Assembly (NCBI GenBank): GCA_031263485.1
Contig: JAISFS010000131.1
Location: 1,626-65,625 of the forward strand
Direction of reading: 5' to 3'
Origin: Deltaproteobacteria bacterium
Lineage (GTDB): Bacteria; Desulfobacterota; Desulfarculia; Adiutricales; Adiutricaceae
DNA: 64,000 nucleotides
The notes below the pieces were generated by a model. That model worked only from the letters and a program-made list of their open reading frames with translations. It was not told the origin of the DNA and made no database searches. This document shows, piece after piece, positions 29,036-37,696 of this stretch. The position numbers and the translations under genes are program-made. Numbering within the stretch: the first letter of the stretch is position 1; each line of letters starts with the position of its first letter.

Positions 29036-31141
29036 ATGTGCGTTCAGGACGTGCTTTACAACACTGTCACCGAGCCGGCCGCCGTCGCGGCGCTGGCTGA
29101 CATCTACGCGGCCGCGGCCCCCGGGACCCTCCGCTGGAACCTGTCCGTGCCGTTCCAGGTCACCCTGGCGGACGAGGACGGGCTGGTGGAGGACTTCGGC
29201 CTGGCCGGGCTGTACCTGGACGGCTGCCGCTTCGCTAAGCCCCTGCGGATAGCCGCCTGCCCCAGACTGAGGGAGATCTCCCTTTCCGGATGCGGGCTGG
29301 TAGCGGTCGAGCTCACGGACCTGCCGGAACTCAGGGAGCTTTTCCTGAACAACAACCGGCTGGCCGACCTGGGATTCCTGGGGGGGCTCCCGCGGCTCCG
29401 GAAGCTGGGGCTGAACTACAACCGCGGCGCGGACCTCGCGCCCGTGGCGGGACTCCCCGAGCTGGAGGACCTGAGGCTCGCGAACCTCGGGCTGGAGCGC
29501 ATGGATCTCCTCGCCTCCCTCAAGAACCTGAGGGAGCTCCAGCTGGCCTTCAACTCGCTGGAGGACCTCGGCCCGCTCGCGGGGCTCTCCAGACTCGAGT
29601 CCCTGCAGCTCTTCAACAACCGCCTGTCCGACCTCGGGCCTCTCGCGGGGCTCGTGCGGCTCCGGTCGCTGAACCTCATGAACAACCAGGTCTCGGATCT
29701 GGCCCCGCTCTCGGGGCTGGCCGCCCTGGAGGAGCTGGTCCTGGCGGGGAACTGCCTGCCGCAGGGGGCGCTCGGCGCCTTGGGTCGGCTCGTCAGGCTC
29801 AGGAAGCTCGATCTCCAGAACTGCCAGGCGAAGGTCTTCCCCGGGGCGGAGGGCTTCGGCGGGGCGCCGGTGGACCTCTCGGAGCGCGGCCCGGACCTGA
29901 GCCCGCTCGCGTCCCTGCTCAGGCTGGAGCACCTTAACCTCACCGAGAGCCAAGTGGACGACATCGGCCCCCTGGAGGGCCTGGAGGATCTCCTCGAGCT
30001 CCGCCTGGACCGGAACCGCATAACGGACATCCGGCCCCTGAGGAACCTCCGCAGGCTCCGCGTGCTGAGCCTCAAGAGCAACTCCGTGGAGGGCACGGAG
30101 GCCCTCTCCGGGATGCGGGAGCTCCGCGAGCTCTGCCTGGACGGGAACTCCATCGGCTCGCTTTCCGGCATCGAGGGCCTGGTTAACCTGGAGCGGCTGG
30201 GCCTGAAGCACAACCGCGTCTCGGACATCGGCCCGGTCAGGCATCTGAGGAACCTGAAGCGCCTGGAGCTCCGCGCGAACGAGATTTCGGACCTGTCCCC
30301 CTTAGAGGGGCTCACGCTACTCCGCACCCTGGACCTGGAGGACAACCGCGCGTCGGACCCCGGTCCGCTCGCGGGCTTCCTGGTGCTCCTTGAGCTGAAC
30401 CTCGCGTACAACAGCATCTCCGATCTTGCCCCGCTCGCGGGGCTCACGCGGCTGAGGGATCTTAACCTCGCCGGCAACAGCGCGGCGGATCTCACGCCCC
30501 TGAAGGGCATGAGGATGCTGGAGAGGCTGAACCTGGACCTGAACCGCGCCCAGAGCCTGGAACCCCTGCGCGGGCTGGCGAGCCTCACGCGGCTCTCGCT
30601 CGACTCCAACGGCGTGAGCGACCTCTCGCCCCTTTCCGGGCTCTCGGGGCTCACGCACCTGTTCATCCCCAACAACAACGCGACCGACCTCTCGCCGCTG
30701 GCGGGGCTCACCCGGCTCGCGAGCCTTGACCTGGACTGCAACCGGCCCCGTGACCTGAGGCCGCTCGGGGGTCTCGCCAACCTGAGGGACCTGCACCTGA
30801 ATTCCGCGGACGTGAGCGACCTGGGTCCGCTCTCGGGGCTCGTCAGCCTGGAGCAGCTGAACCTCTGCAACAACGGCATCACGGATCTCTCGCCCCTGGC
30901 CGGCCTCATGAACCTCATCATGCTGCGCGCCGACATCAACCGGGTAAGCGATCTCTCCTTCGCGTCGTCGTTGAGCCGCCTGGAAAACCTCTCGCTGAAG
31001 TTCAACCGCGTGCGGAGCTTCGAGCCGCTGGCCGGCCTGAAGCGCCTCATGTACCTCTGGCTGGACTCGGGGCAGGTGAGCGACCGCCCCGCGCTGGAGG
31101 CCATGCTTCCAAACGTGCGGATACTCTTCGACTACATCTGA
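29036..31141 (+). CDS. Leucine-rich repeat protein, roughly 28-30 units of 22 aa
   Basis: ATG at 29036. It has a regular L..L..L.L..N.[IV].D[LI].PL.GL periodicity across almost the whole protein. I see no obvious signal peptide. Confidence 0.85.
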   Translation: MCVQDVLYNTVTEPAAVAALADIYAAAAPGTLRWNLSVPFQVTLADEDGLVEDFGLAGLYLDGCRFAKPLRIAACPRLREISLSGCGLVAVELTDLPELRELFLNNNRLADLGFLGGLPRLRKLGLNYNRGADLAPVAGLPELEDLRLANLGLERMDLLASLKNLRELQLAFNSLEDLGPLAGLSRLESLQLFNNRLSDLGPLAGLVRLRSLNLMNNQVSDLAPLSGLAALEELVLAGNCLPQGALGALGRLVRLRKLDLQNCQAKVFPGAEGFGGAPVDLSERGPDLSPLASLLRLEHLNLTESQVDDIGPLEGLEDLLELRLDRNRITDIRPLRNLRRLRVLSLKSNSVEGTEALSGMRELRELCLDGNSIGSLSGIEGLVNLERLGLKHNRVSDIGPVRHLRNLKRLELRANEISDLSPLEGLTLLRTLDLEDNRASDPGPLAGFLVLLELNLAYNSISDLAPLAGLTRLRDLNLAGNSAADLTPLKGMRMLERLNLDLNRAQSLEPLRGLASLTRLSLDSNGVSDLSPLSGLSGLTHLFIPNNNATDLSPLAGLTRLASLDLDCNRPRDLRPLGGLANLRDLHLNSADVSDLGPLSGLVSLEQLNLCNNGITDLSPLAGLMNLIMLRADINRVSDLSFASSLSRLENLSLKFNRVRSFEPLAGLKRLMYLWLDSGQVSDRPALEAMLPNVRILFDYI

Positions 31142-31713
31142 ATCGGGGCTTCCCGCGCGGCCCCTCCAGCGCGGGGGAAGCCCGCAAGCCGCCGGACGGT
31201 CGCGTCCGCACGGGGAGGTCCGTTCGGAGTCCCGAAGAAGGGAGCCCCGGGCCGGACAGGGTGACGCGGGACCGGTAGCCCTCCCCGGCCCGCGCCGGTC
31301 GGGGCTACCGGAACGCCCGTGCGGCGATCGGCGGGCAGGTCGTGCCGGAACAGGCCGGTCGGGAAAGCCGCTGCGCCGGAACGCGGCGGCGGGGAAGGCG
31401 TTCCGGAACAGGACGCTCTGGAAAGCCGTGGTGCCGGAACGGGGCGGACGTGCCGGACCGGGGCGGACGTGCCGGAACGGAGCTCCGGGGAGGAATTTCC
31501 GGGAAAGTCCGGGAAAGCGCTTCCCGCCGGGGCGAACCGTCCGGGAGCGGCTCACCGTCCGGGAACCAGTTGGGTTCCGAGCTGCAGGAGACCGCGCCGG
31601 GAAGCGGGCTCCGGAAATCTTGAAGCCAGGCTTCCGCCCGGAACCTTCGCGGGCAGTTGCCGGAAAGCGTGGCCATCCCCGAGGCGAATCCGGTTCCGTT
31701 CGGGAGGGCGGTT

Positions 31714-31743
31714 TTGACTGCCAGGCCGGGCGGCTCCTATAAT
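31714..31743 (+). promoter_or_regulatory. Sigma70-like promoter TTGACT-N18-TATAAT
   Basis: Hexamer match 55 nt upstream of the first TetR gene. Confidence 0.5.
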
Positions 31744-31798
31744 TTCGGCAGACGACGCACTATCGCAGGCGGCCGCGCCGCCTTCCGGAGGTTCACGC

Positions 31799-32401
31799 AT
31801 GCCAATGGACACGCGGCCCGAGGCCTTCAGCGGGGCCCCGGATTCCCGCTTTGCGCGCCTCAAGGCTTCCGCAGTCAGGCTCTTCTCCGAGCGTGGTTAC
31901 GATGGGACGCATGTCTCAGAGATAGCGCGGACGGCCGGCGTCCGCAAGTCATCGGTGTACTCGCATTGCAAGGGGAAGGACGATCTCTTCCTTACCCTCG
32001 TGGGGGAGACTGCGGAGCTAGAGCTGGAGACGGTCCGGGACCGCCTGGACGAGGGCGGGATCCTTTCCGGGCTGAAGGCATACCTGGAAGAGCTCCCCGC
32101 AAGGCTCCTGGGGGACCCACCCGCGTTGGGCTTTCTGCTCAGGTCCTTCTACACGCCTCCCCCGGTGCTCAAGGCGTCGGTGTATCGCGTGTGCGAGAGG
32201 TTCTACGGAAGGGTCAAGGCTCTGTTCGCCATGTGCCTCGCGGACGGCGGCGTCCCCTCCGACGGCATCAGGGGCGCGGTCGAAGCATGCAACGCGGTGG
32301 TGGACGGCATGCACGTCTGTTGCACATATTGCCCACAGAATCTTGAGATCCGCATGAAGTCATCCTGGGACATGCTGGAAAGCTACATCCGGAGTTTCTA
32401 G
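31799..32401 (+). CDS. TetR-family transcriptional regulator 1
   Basis: HTH region AVRLFSERGYDGTHVSEIARTAGVRKSSVYSHCKGKDDLF. GGAGG lies 8 nt upstream. Confidence 0.85.
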   Translation: MPMDTRPEAFSGAPDSRFARLKASAVRLFSERGYDGTHVSEIARTAGVRKSSVYSHCKGKDDLFLTLVGETAELELETVRDRLDEGGILSGLKAYLEELPARLLGDPPALGFLLRSFYTPPPVLKASVYRVCERFYGRVKALFAMCLADGGVPSDGIRGAVEACNAVVDGMHVCCTYCPQNLEIRMKSSWDMLESYIRSF

Positions 32402-32928
32402 AGGGAGCTCGGCTTGGAGCGGCATCGCCCGGCAAGGCCGGGAACGTTTCCGAGCCCCGCTCGCACCGGGGCATTAATGCGTGAAACCAGGGCAGCCCGA
32501 TGCGAAGCGTCGTCAGGCGTACCCATGCGGCGTCCGCCTCCAGGGGTCCCTGCGCTTGGCAAAGAAACAAGTCTTGAACAGCAGGGAACGTTTGCGTTCA
32601 AGAACGTGCGCCCGCCCGACGGAATATTCCGATGGCGGGATTAACCGGGCCACGGTAGCCGGGAGCGCCAAGTCGCCGCCCCTGCCCGGTCGGTAAGGTG
32701 CCGTTTGGACGCGACCTTCGCGGGAGCCGGTCGGGTTCCCCGAAGGGTCCAGCCCGGCGGTCGCCCGCGACCCTGCGGTCGGGAGCGCCGCGAATTCTTG
32801 ACAGGCGGCAATTTTCCGGCCTAAACTGCGGGAAACGACAGACGCGGCCTCAAACTCCGGTTCCGGTCCGGGACCGCCAGCCGGACGCCCCGGCCGGCGG
32901 CCTCCCAGCCGCGCCTGCGGGAGGCACC

Positions 32929-33750
32929 ATGATTTCAAGGACGGCCGAAGCGACAAGGCTTAAGTATCCGCCTCTGGGCATCTACAGGAGCGGTGAGGCG
33001 GCTCCCGGGGCCAGGCGCTTCGCGAGGAGGACCGAGTACTCGCCTGCGGGCGCCTGCTCCATGACCCTGGTGGAGCGGGCCTTCAGGGAGGGGACGCCCT
33101 GCGCCTTCTCCACGGAGACTGTGCATTGTACGGGAGCCATCCGGGGCTTCGGGCTCGCGCCGCCATCCTTCAAGGCGCCCGGAGGGCTCATGGGAAACGC
33201 CAGGCTCGTCTCCTCCGGCAACGGGCTTTGCGAGGAGGGCAGGGCGGCCGTGGAGGAACTCAGGGTCCTGGGCGCCACCGCCGAGAGGCTCAGGCTCTTC
33301 TCCGAGGGGGAAGGCTTCAAGAAGAGCCCCGAACTCACCGTCGCCACCTTCGAGGCTCTGCCCAAGCTCCAGCCAAATGACGGCTTCCTGAATCTCGTGC
33401 CGCTTCCGGCTCTCTCCGAGCCCCCCGAGGCGGTGATCTTCCTGGCCGATTCCCAGCAGATTTCGGCGTTGACCATCCTGGCCGGCTACGCCCGTCCGGG
33501 CTTCGACCACGTGACGACGCCTTTCTGCGCCGCCTGCTCGTCCATCGCCGTACTCCCGTTGGCCGAGCGCGGCAGGGACTCCCCCAAGGCCGTGATAGGC
33601 ATAACCGACGTGCATGCGCGGAAGGTCATGCGGAGGCTGGTCGGCAGGGACTACCTCGCCTTCTCCGTGCCCTGGGAGATGTACGAGGAAATGGAGGAAA
33701 ACGTCCCGGGGAGCTTTTTGGAGCGGCACGTCTGGGAGAGCATAGCCTGA
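32929..33750 (+). CDS. DUF169-family protein 1
   Basis: ATG follows GGGAGGCACC. The pattern YPPLGIY...C.M...A...G....S.E...C.GA..GFGL plus C-terminal PE.VIFLAD..Q.SAL and C......PL fits DUF169 as I remember it. Confidence 0.6.
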   Translation: MISRTAEATRLKYPPLGIYRSGEAAPGARRFARRTEYSPAGACSMTLVERAFREGTPCAFSTETVHCTGAIRGFGLAPPSFKAPGGLMGNARLVSSGNGLCEEGRAAVEELRVLGATAERLRLFSEGEGFKKSPELTVATFEALPKLQPNDGFLNLVPLPALSEPPEAVIFLADSQQISALTILAGYARPGFDHVTTPFCAACSSIAVLPLAERGRDSPKAVIGITDVHARKVMRRLVGRDYLAFSVPWEMYEEMEENVPGSFLERHVWESIA

Positions 33751-33851
33751 CGGCGCCTACGCTGGTCGGCGGCGCCTTCATCGCCCGAAAGCGCCTTCAG
33801 CGGCCGAGGGTTCCCCGGGAACCCGCAAATCCCCTGCGGCGGGCCCGGGAG

Positions 33852-33880
33852 TTGACGGTTCTTGCCGCTTTGGCTATATT
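33852..33880 (+). promoter_or_regulatory. Sigma70-like promoter TTGACG-N17-TATATT
   Basis: Hexamer match upstream of the second TetR gene. Confidence 0.5.
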
Positions 33881-33972
33881 TCCGTTGCCTACCTTCCGGT
33901 CGGTTGCCGCCGCCGTGCAGCAGTACCCGCGGCGTCTTCGCCGCCCCGCCCGGATACTACACGAGGTGACCT

Positions 33973-34575
33973 TTGGCCCTGGAAATGCCCGTCAGCGCTG
34001 ATCCCTCCGAGTCTCTGCCTGCCTTCTCCAAGCTCCAGGCCTCGGCCGTGCGCCTGTTCGCCGCGAAGGGATACGACGGGGCGCACGTCTCCGACATCGC
34101 GCGGGAGGCCGGGATCCGCAAGTCCTCCGTCTACGCCCACTGCCAGAGCAAGGAGGACCTTTTCATGGGCCTCCTCAGGAGGGTGATGGCCCACGAGCTC
34201 AAGCTCGTCGGCGCCACCCTCGCCCGGGACGGGCTCCTGGCGGGCCTCAGGCGCCACTTCGAGGAGCTTCCGCAAAGGTTCGAGGAGGACCCCCCCTGCC
34301 ACAAGTTCGTCCTCAAGTCCATCTATACCCCGCCTCTTGAGCTGTCCGGGCGGGTCGCCGCCCTGGGCCTGGAGTTCTTCCCTGACCTGACGGAGCTTTT
34401 CAAGAAGGCCGCCTCGGTCGGCGGCGTGCCTCCCGAGCGCCTCGAATCCGTGGCCGACGCGACCCTGGCGGTGATGGACAGCGTCCACGTGGTCAGCCTT
34501 TACGGGCCGGAGTTTTACGGCAGGCGTCTGGACGCCGTCTGGGCCATGTACGAGAGGCACGTTACCCTGGCCTGA
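33973..34575 (+). CDS. TetR-family transcriptional regulator 2
   Basis: Paralog of 31799-32401 (AVRLFAAKGYDGAHVSDIAREAGIRKSSVYAHCQSKEDLF). The TTG start at 33973 gives the same N-terminal length as paralog 1. ATG 33985 is an alternative. Confidence 0.8.
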   Translation: MALEMPVSADPSESLPAFSKLQASAVRLFAAKGYDGAHVSDIAREAGIRKSSVYAHCQSKEDLFMGLLRRVMAHELKLVGATLARDGLLAGLRRHFEELPQRFEEDPPCHKFVLKSIYTPPLELSGRVAALGLEFFPDLTELFKKAASVGGVPPERLESVADATLAVMDSVHVVSLYGPEFYGRRLDAVWAMYERHVTLA

Positions 34576-35489
34576 CGGTCGGGTGCCGCTCTCTTCGCCT
34601 TGCCCCGGAGGCCTTCGCGGCGAGGGCCGGCGGCCGTCCGGGGCTTTCCGTCCGATCGGCGTGTCGGCGGTGCGGGTCAAGGATTCCCGCGTCCGTCCGC
34701 GCCTCTTGCGTCCAAAGAGAGTGGTGTCCCTTGCTTCGCGAAGCGCTGACTCACCCAGCGGCGCGGAGCGGCCGTCACTCGCGGCCGCGCGGAGCGATGG
34801 GTCCCCTTGCGGCGCGGAGCGGCCGTCACTCGCGGCGGCGCCGGTACCCCATTCCGGCGCCGAAATGGTCATGGTCCGCGGATTCTTGAACCCCGAATCA
34901 TGACGTTTTGCGTGTCGCTGCGTACGTAAGTTCGCATTAACGGAACCCTTCCGGTTCCGTTTCGGGAAACGTGCCGATCCCGTTCGTCCGCTCCGACATG
35001 TTCCCGTCTCGGGGAACCCATGGGCGCGGGGTGCGGACCGTTTTCAGTACCTGACGCCGCGCAGTTTCCAGGTTCCGTACCCCTGAATCCCTGATTCCGT
35101 CCGGAACTCCGCGCCTTTTCAGGTTGCGGGGTCCGGACGGCGCGTCTTCCCCGCTCCGGACGCGGCATCGCCGTGTGCGATCCGCGTCCGCGGAGGCGGG
35201 ACACGTTTCCCCCCGCCTCCCCTGCCATTTAGGCGTCAGCCCGGTTCCCTGCCCCGGAATGTTCCGGGCCGCGTTCCGAAAGGGCCCCCGGACGGCGCCT
35301 TTCACGGCGGACGTCCGGCTCTGGCCGATCGGTTTCCCGACCCGGATTTTTCATCGCGGGTCCTACCGCGCGGATACTCGCTCGACAGTCACCCCGTCCC
35401 CTCGCGGGCTTTCCGGATGTGCGTGGGTGGGAGGAACGCCGGTTTCGTGCGATCAAGTACGCCGCCTTTCGGGCGGCGGAGGAGGCACC

Positions 35490-36308
35490 ATGGAATCAGA
35501 GATAGCGAAACGCATCGGGCTCAGGTACCCGGCGCTGGGCCTTTACCGGAGCGCCGAGGGGCTCCATGGCGCGAAGAGCATGGCAGGGCGGGCATCCCTC
35601 AGGGGCTGCTTCGGCTGCTCGATGGTCCTGGTGGCCCGCTCCTTTGCGGAGGGCATGGCCGTAAGCTTCTCGGCCGGCACGGTGAGGTGCCCCGGGGCCG
35701 CGCACGGCTTCGCGGTGGGGACCCCGCCCTTCGAATTCCCTGGGGGTTTCATGGGCTCGGCGAGGCTTCTCTCCTGCGGCAATTCCCGCTTCGAGGAAGG
35801 CCGCGCGGCCATGGAAGAGCTCCGCGCCGGTGGCGCTTCGAGAGAGGTCCTGGACGAGTTCGGGAACGGCGAGGGCTTCAAGAAGGACCCCGAGACGGTC
35901 ATGGCGATGTACTCGCGCATCCCGCGTTTGCCGGAGAGCCCTTACGTGATCCTGCGCCCCCTCTCCGAGATGGACTGGCCACCGGAGGTCGTCCTGATGC
36001 TCGCGGACTGCGGGCAGCTCTCTGCCTTGACGATCCTCGCCAATTACGCCCGCCAGGACCTGGACGCGGTCCGAATGCCATTCGCGGCTGCCTGCATGTC
36101 CGTGTGCGCCTTCCCTCTCGCCGAGCTCTCATCCCCGGCACCCAGGGCGGTGGTGGGCCTGACCGATGTTTCCGGCAGGGTCACCATGAAACGGCTCGTG
36201 GGCCGCGACCTCCTGAGCTTCGCCATGCCGTGGCCCCTGTACGTCGAGATGGAGGCGAACGCGGAGGAGAGCTTCCTTAACCGTCCGCCCTGGCGGAGCA
36301 TCGCCTGA
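35490..36308 (+). CDS. DUF169-family protein 2
   Basis: Paralog of 32929-33750 over its full length. It has the same GGAGGCACC-ATG start context. Confidence 0.6.
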   Translation: MESEIAKRIGLRYPALGLYRSAEGLHGAKSMAGRASLRGCFGCSMVLVARSFAEGMAVSFSAGTVRCPGAAHGFAVGTPPFEFPGGFMGSARLLSCGNSRFEEGRAAMEELRAGGASREVLDEFGNGEGFKKDPETVMAMYSRIPRLPESPYVILRPLSEMDWPPEVVLMLADCGQLSALTILANYARQDLDAVRMPFAAACMSVCAFPLAELSSPAPRAVVGLTDVSGRVTMKRLVGRDLLSFAMPWPLYVEMEANAEESFLNRPPWRSIA

Positions 36309-36589
36309 AGGGCGTCCCGTCGATCCCGCGAGGCCCGGACTCGGGCCCCAGAGGGACCGAAGCGCCTCGGGGCCGGTCTGGACGGGGCAGGCACATGCTT
36401 CTGTCCTGAATTCGGGAGGCGCCTGTGCGGGTGCCCGGGCCGGGCGCTCGTTGGCACGGAGGCTGGCGAACAGGCGTGTCGCGTGGGGGAAAGTTGCGTT
36501 CCGTGTTCCCGCAGGTTGAGGCGTAACGCGGATTACATCTTGGTGTCCGGGTTTCCGGGGAGGCCGCCGATCTCTCGCTCGCCGTCTTT

Positions 36590-36765
36590 GATTCCACTGC
36601 CAAAAAACCACCACCCTCGGCGGAGAAGCTGAACGCCATGCGGCCATCGCATCGGCACCCTGACGCTAAAGCCTTAAACCACAGCACATCTGCGCATCCT
36701 TTACCCAGACATTCTGCCCTAAAATGACTGCCATGAGGTTAGGATGGGGTTTATGCAGCGGAATC
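36590..36765 (+). mobile_element. MITE-like element, copy 1 (most diverged)
   Basis: Ends GATTCCACTGC...GCAGCGGAATC. The internal sequence aligns with copy 2. Flanks are GTCTTT / TTCTTT (5 of 6 match). Confidence 0.65.
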
Positions 36766-36864
36766 TTCTTTGGGAAGGCGAGCCAAGCCAACAACCTAAT
36801 GGGTTGGTTTTGGTAACTTCCTGATATCACTAACTAAAATTTCAGAGGCAATATGATATTTGAC

Positions 36865-36969
36865 CTTACACGTTCGTGTCGATTATCAACACCCCAGCGC
36901 ATGAAACCATTTGGGTATCACAATATGATGCGTGCCCAGGGCTGTGATGCCCAAGAAAACGTTTAATGA
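36865..36969 (+). repeat. Roughly 105-nt nested-hairpin repeat, copy E
   Basis: CTTACACGTTCGTGTCGATTATCAACACCCCAGCGCATGAAACC...GTGATGCCCAAGAAAACGTTTAATGA. Confidence 0.8.
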
Positions 36970-37069
36970 GGTAAGTTGACGTTGCCAGGTGAATCGATAC
37001 CATTGCCCTAAACAAAGGGTTATAATGAATGCGTAATAGAAGGTTGCGCAGCCTTGGATTCCTATGCAA

Positions 37070-37271
37070 TGTCAACAACTTAAGGCAGAAATCGATTATT
37101 TCTCAGATATTTTTATCAATGATATCAGTTGCTTGCCAGACGCCGCTCTTCTTAAGTTGTTGACATTGGAATCCTATGTCAACAACTTAAGGATGTTGAT
37201 GGTAAATCACCTCTTGATAACATTGGCTTTTTCGTTGATTACGTTAAGCTTTCTGCCTTAAGTCATTAACA
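37070..37271. repeat. Two adjacent palindrome-armed elements (37070-37165 intact; 37177-37271 with a degenerate right arm)
   Basis: Arms TGTCAACAACTTAAG at 37070 and 37177. CTTAAGTTGTTGACA at 37151. Degenerate CTTAAGTCATTAACA at 37257. Confidence 0.8.
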
Positions 37272-37696
37272 TTGCTTTGGACACCCTCGCAGTGATGTGG
37301 CGGTTCTGGAAGCTCCGTAAGCCGCATCTGGCCCAGCATGACGTTTATCCCTGGACACGCTTCAGTTCCACGTGTTGGTATCTGAGATCCTCTGACTGTC
37401 CGTTTGATCGCTGGTGTGTGTCCGAGTGAGACGACCTCCCGTTACTCAGACAGTTCCTGCGGGAAGTTCGACCCATTGCCGGTGGCTCGAAGCCCAAGGT
37501 GCGGGGGAAATTGCGAATATGCGGGAATGTCCGTTCCGGGTACCGGCCGCGACTCGTATCCGGCAATAAACTGGCTTTCTACAAAAGACATCGAGGTCTG
37601 CCTTTCAGCCAGCAGCCATGATGTGTCAACCTAATGGAGCCGTTGGACGGCTAAGATGTAACGATATCTATGGCGAATGGAGTGAGGACAGGGCAA

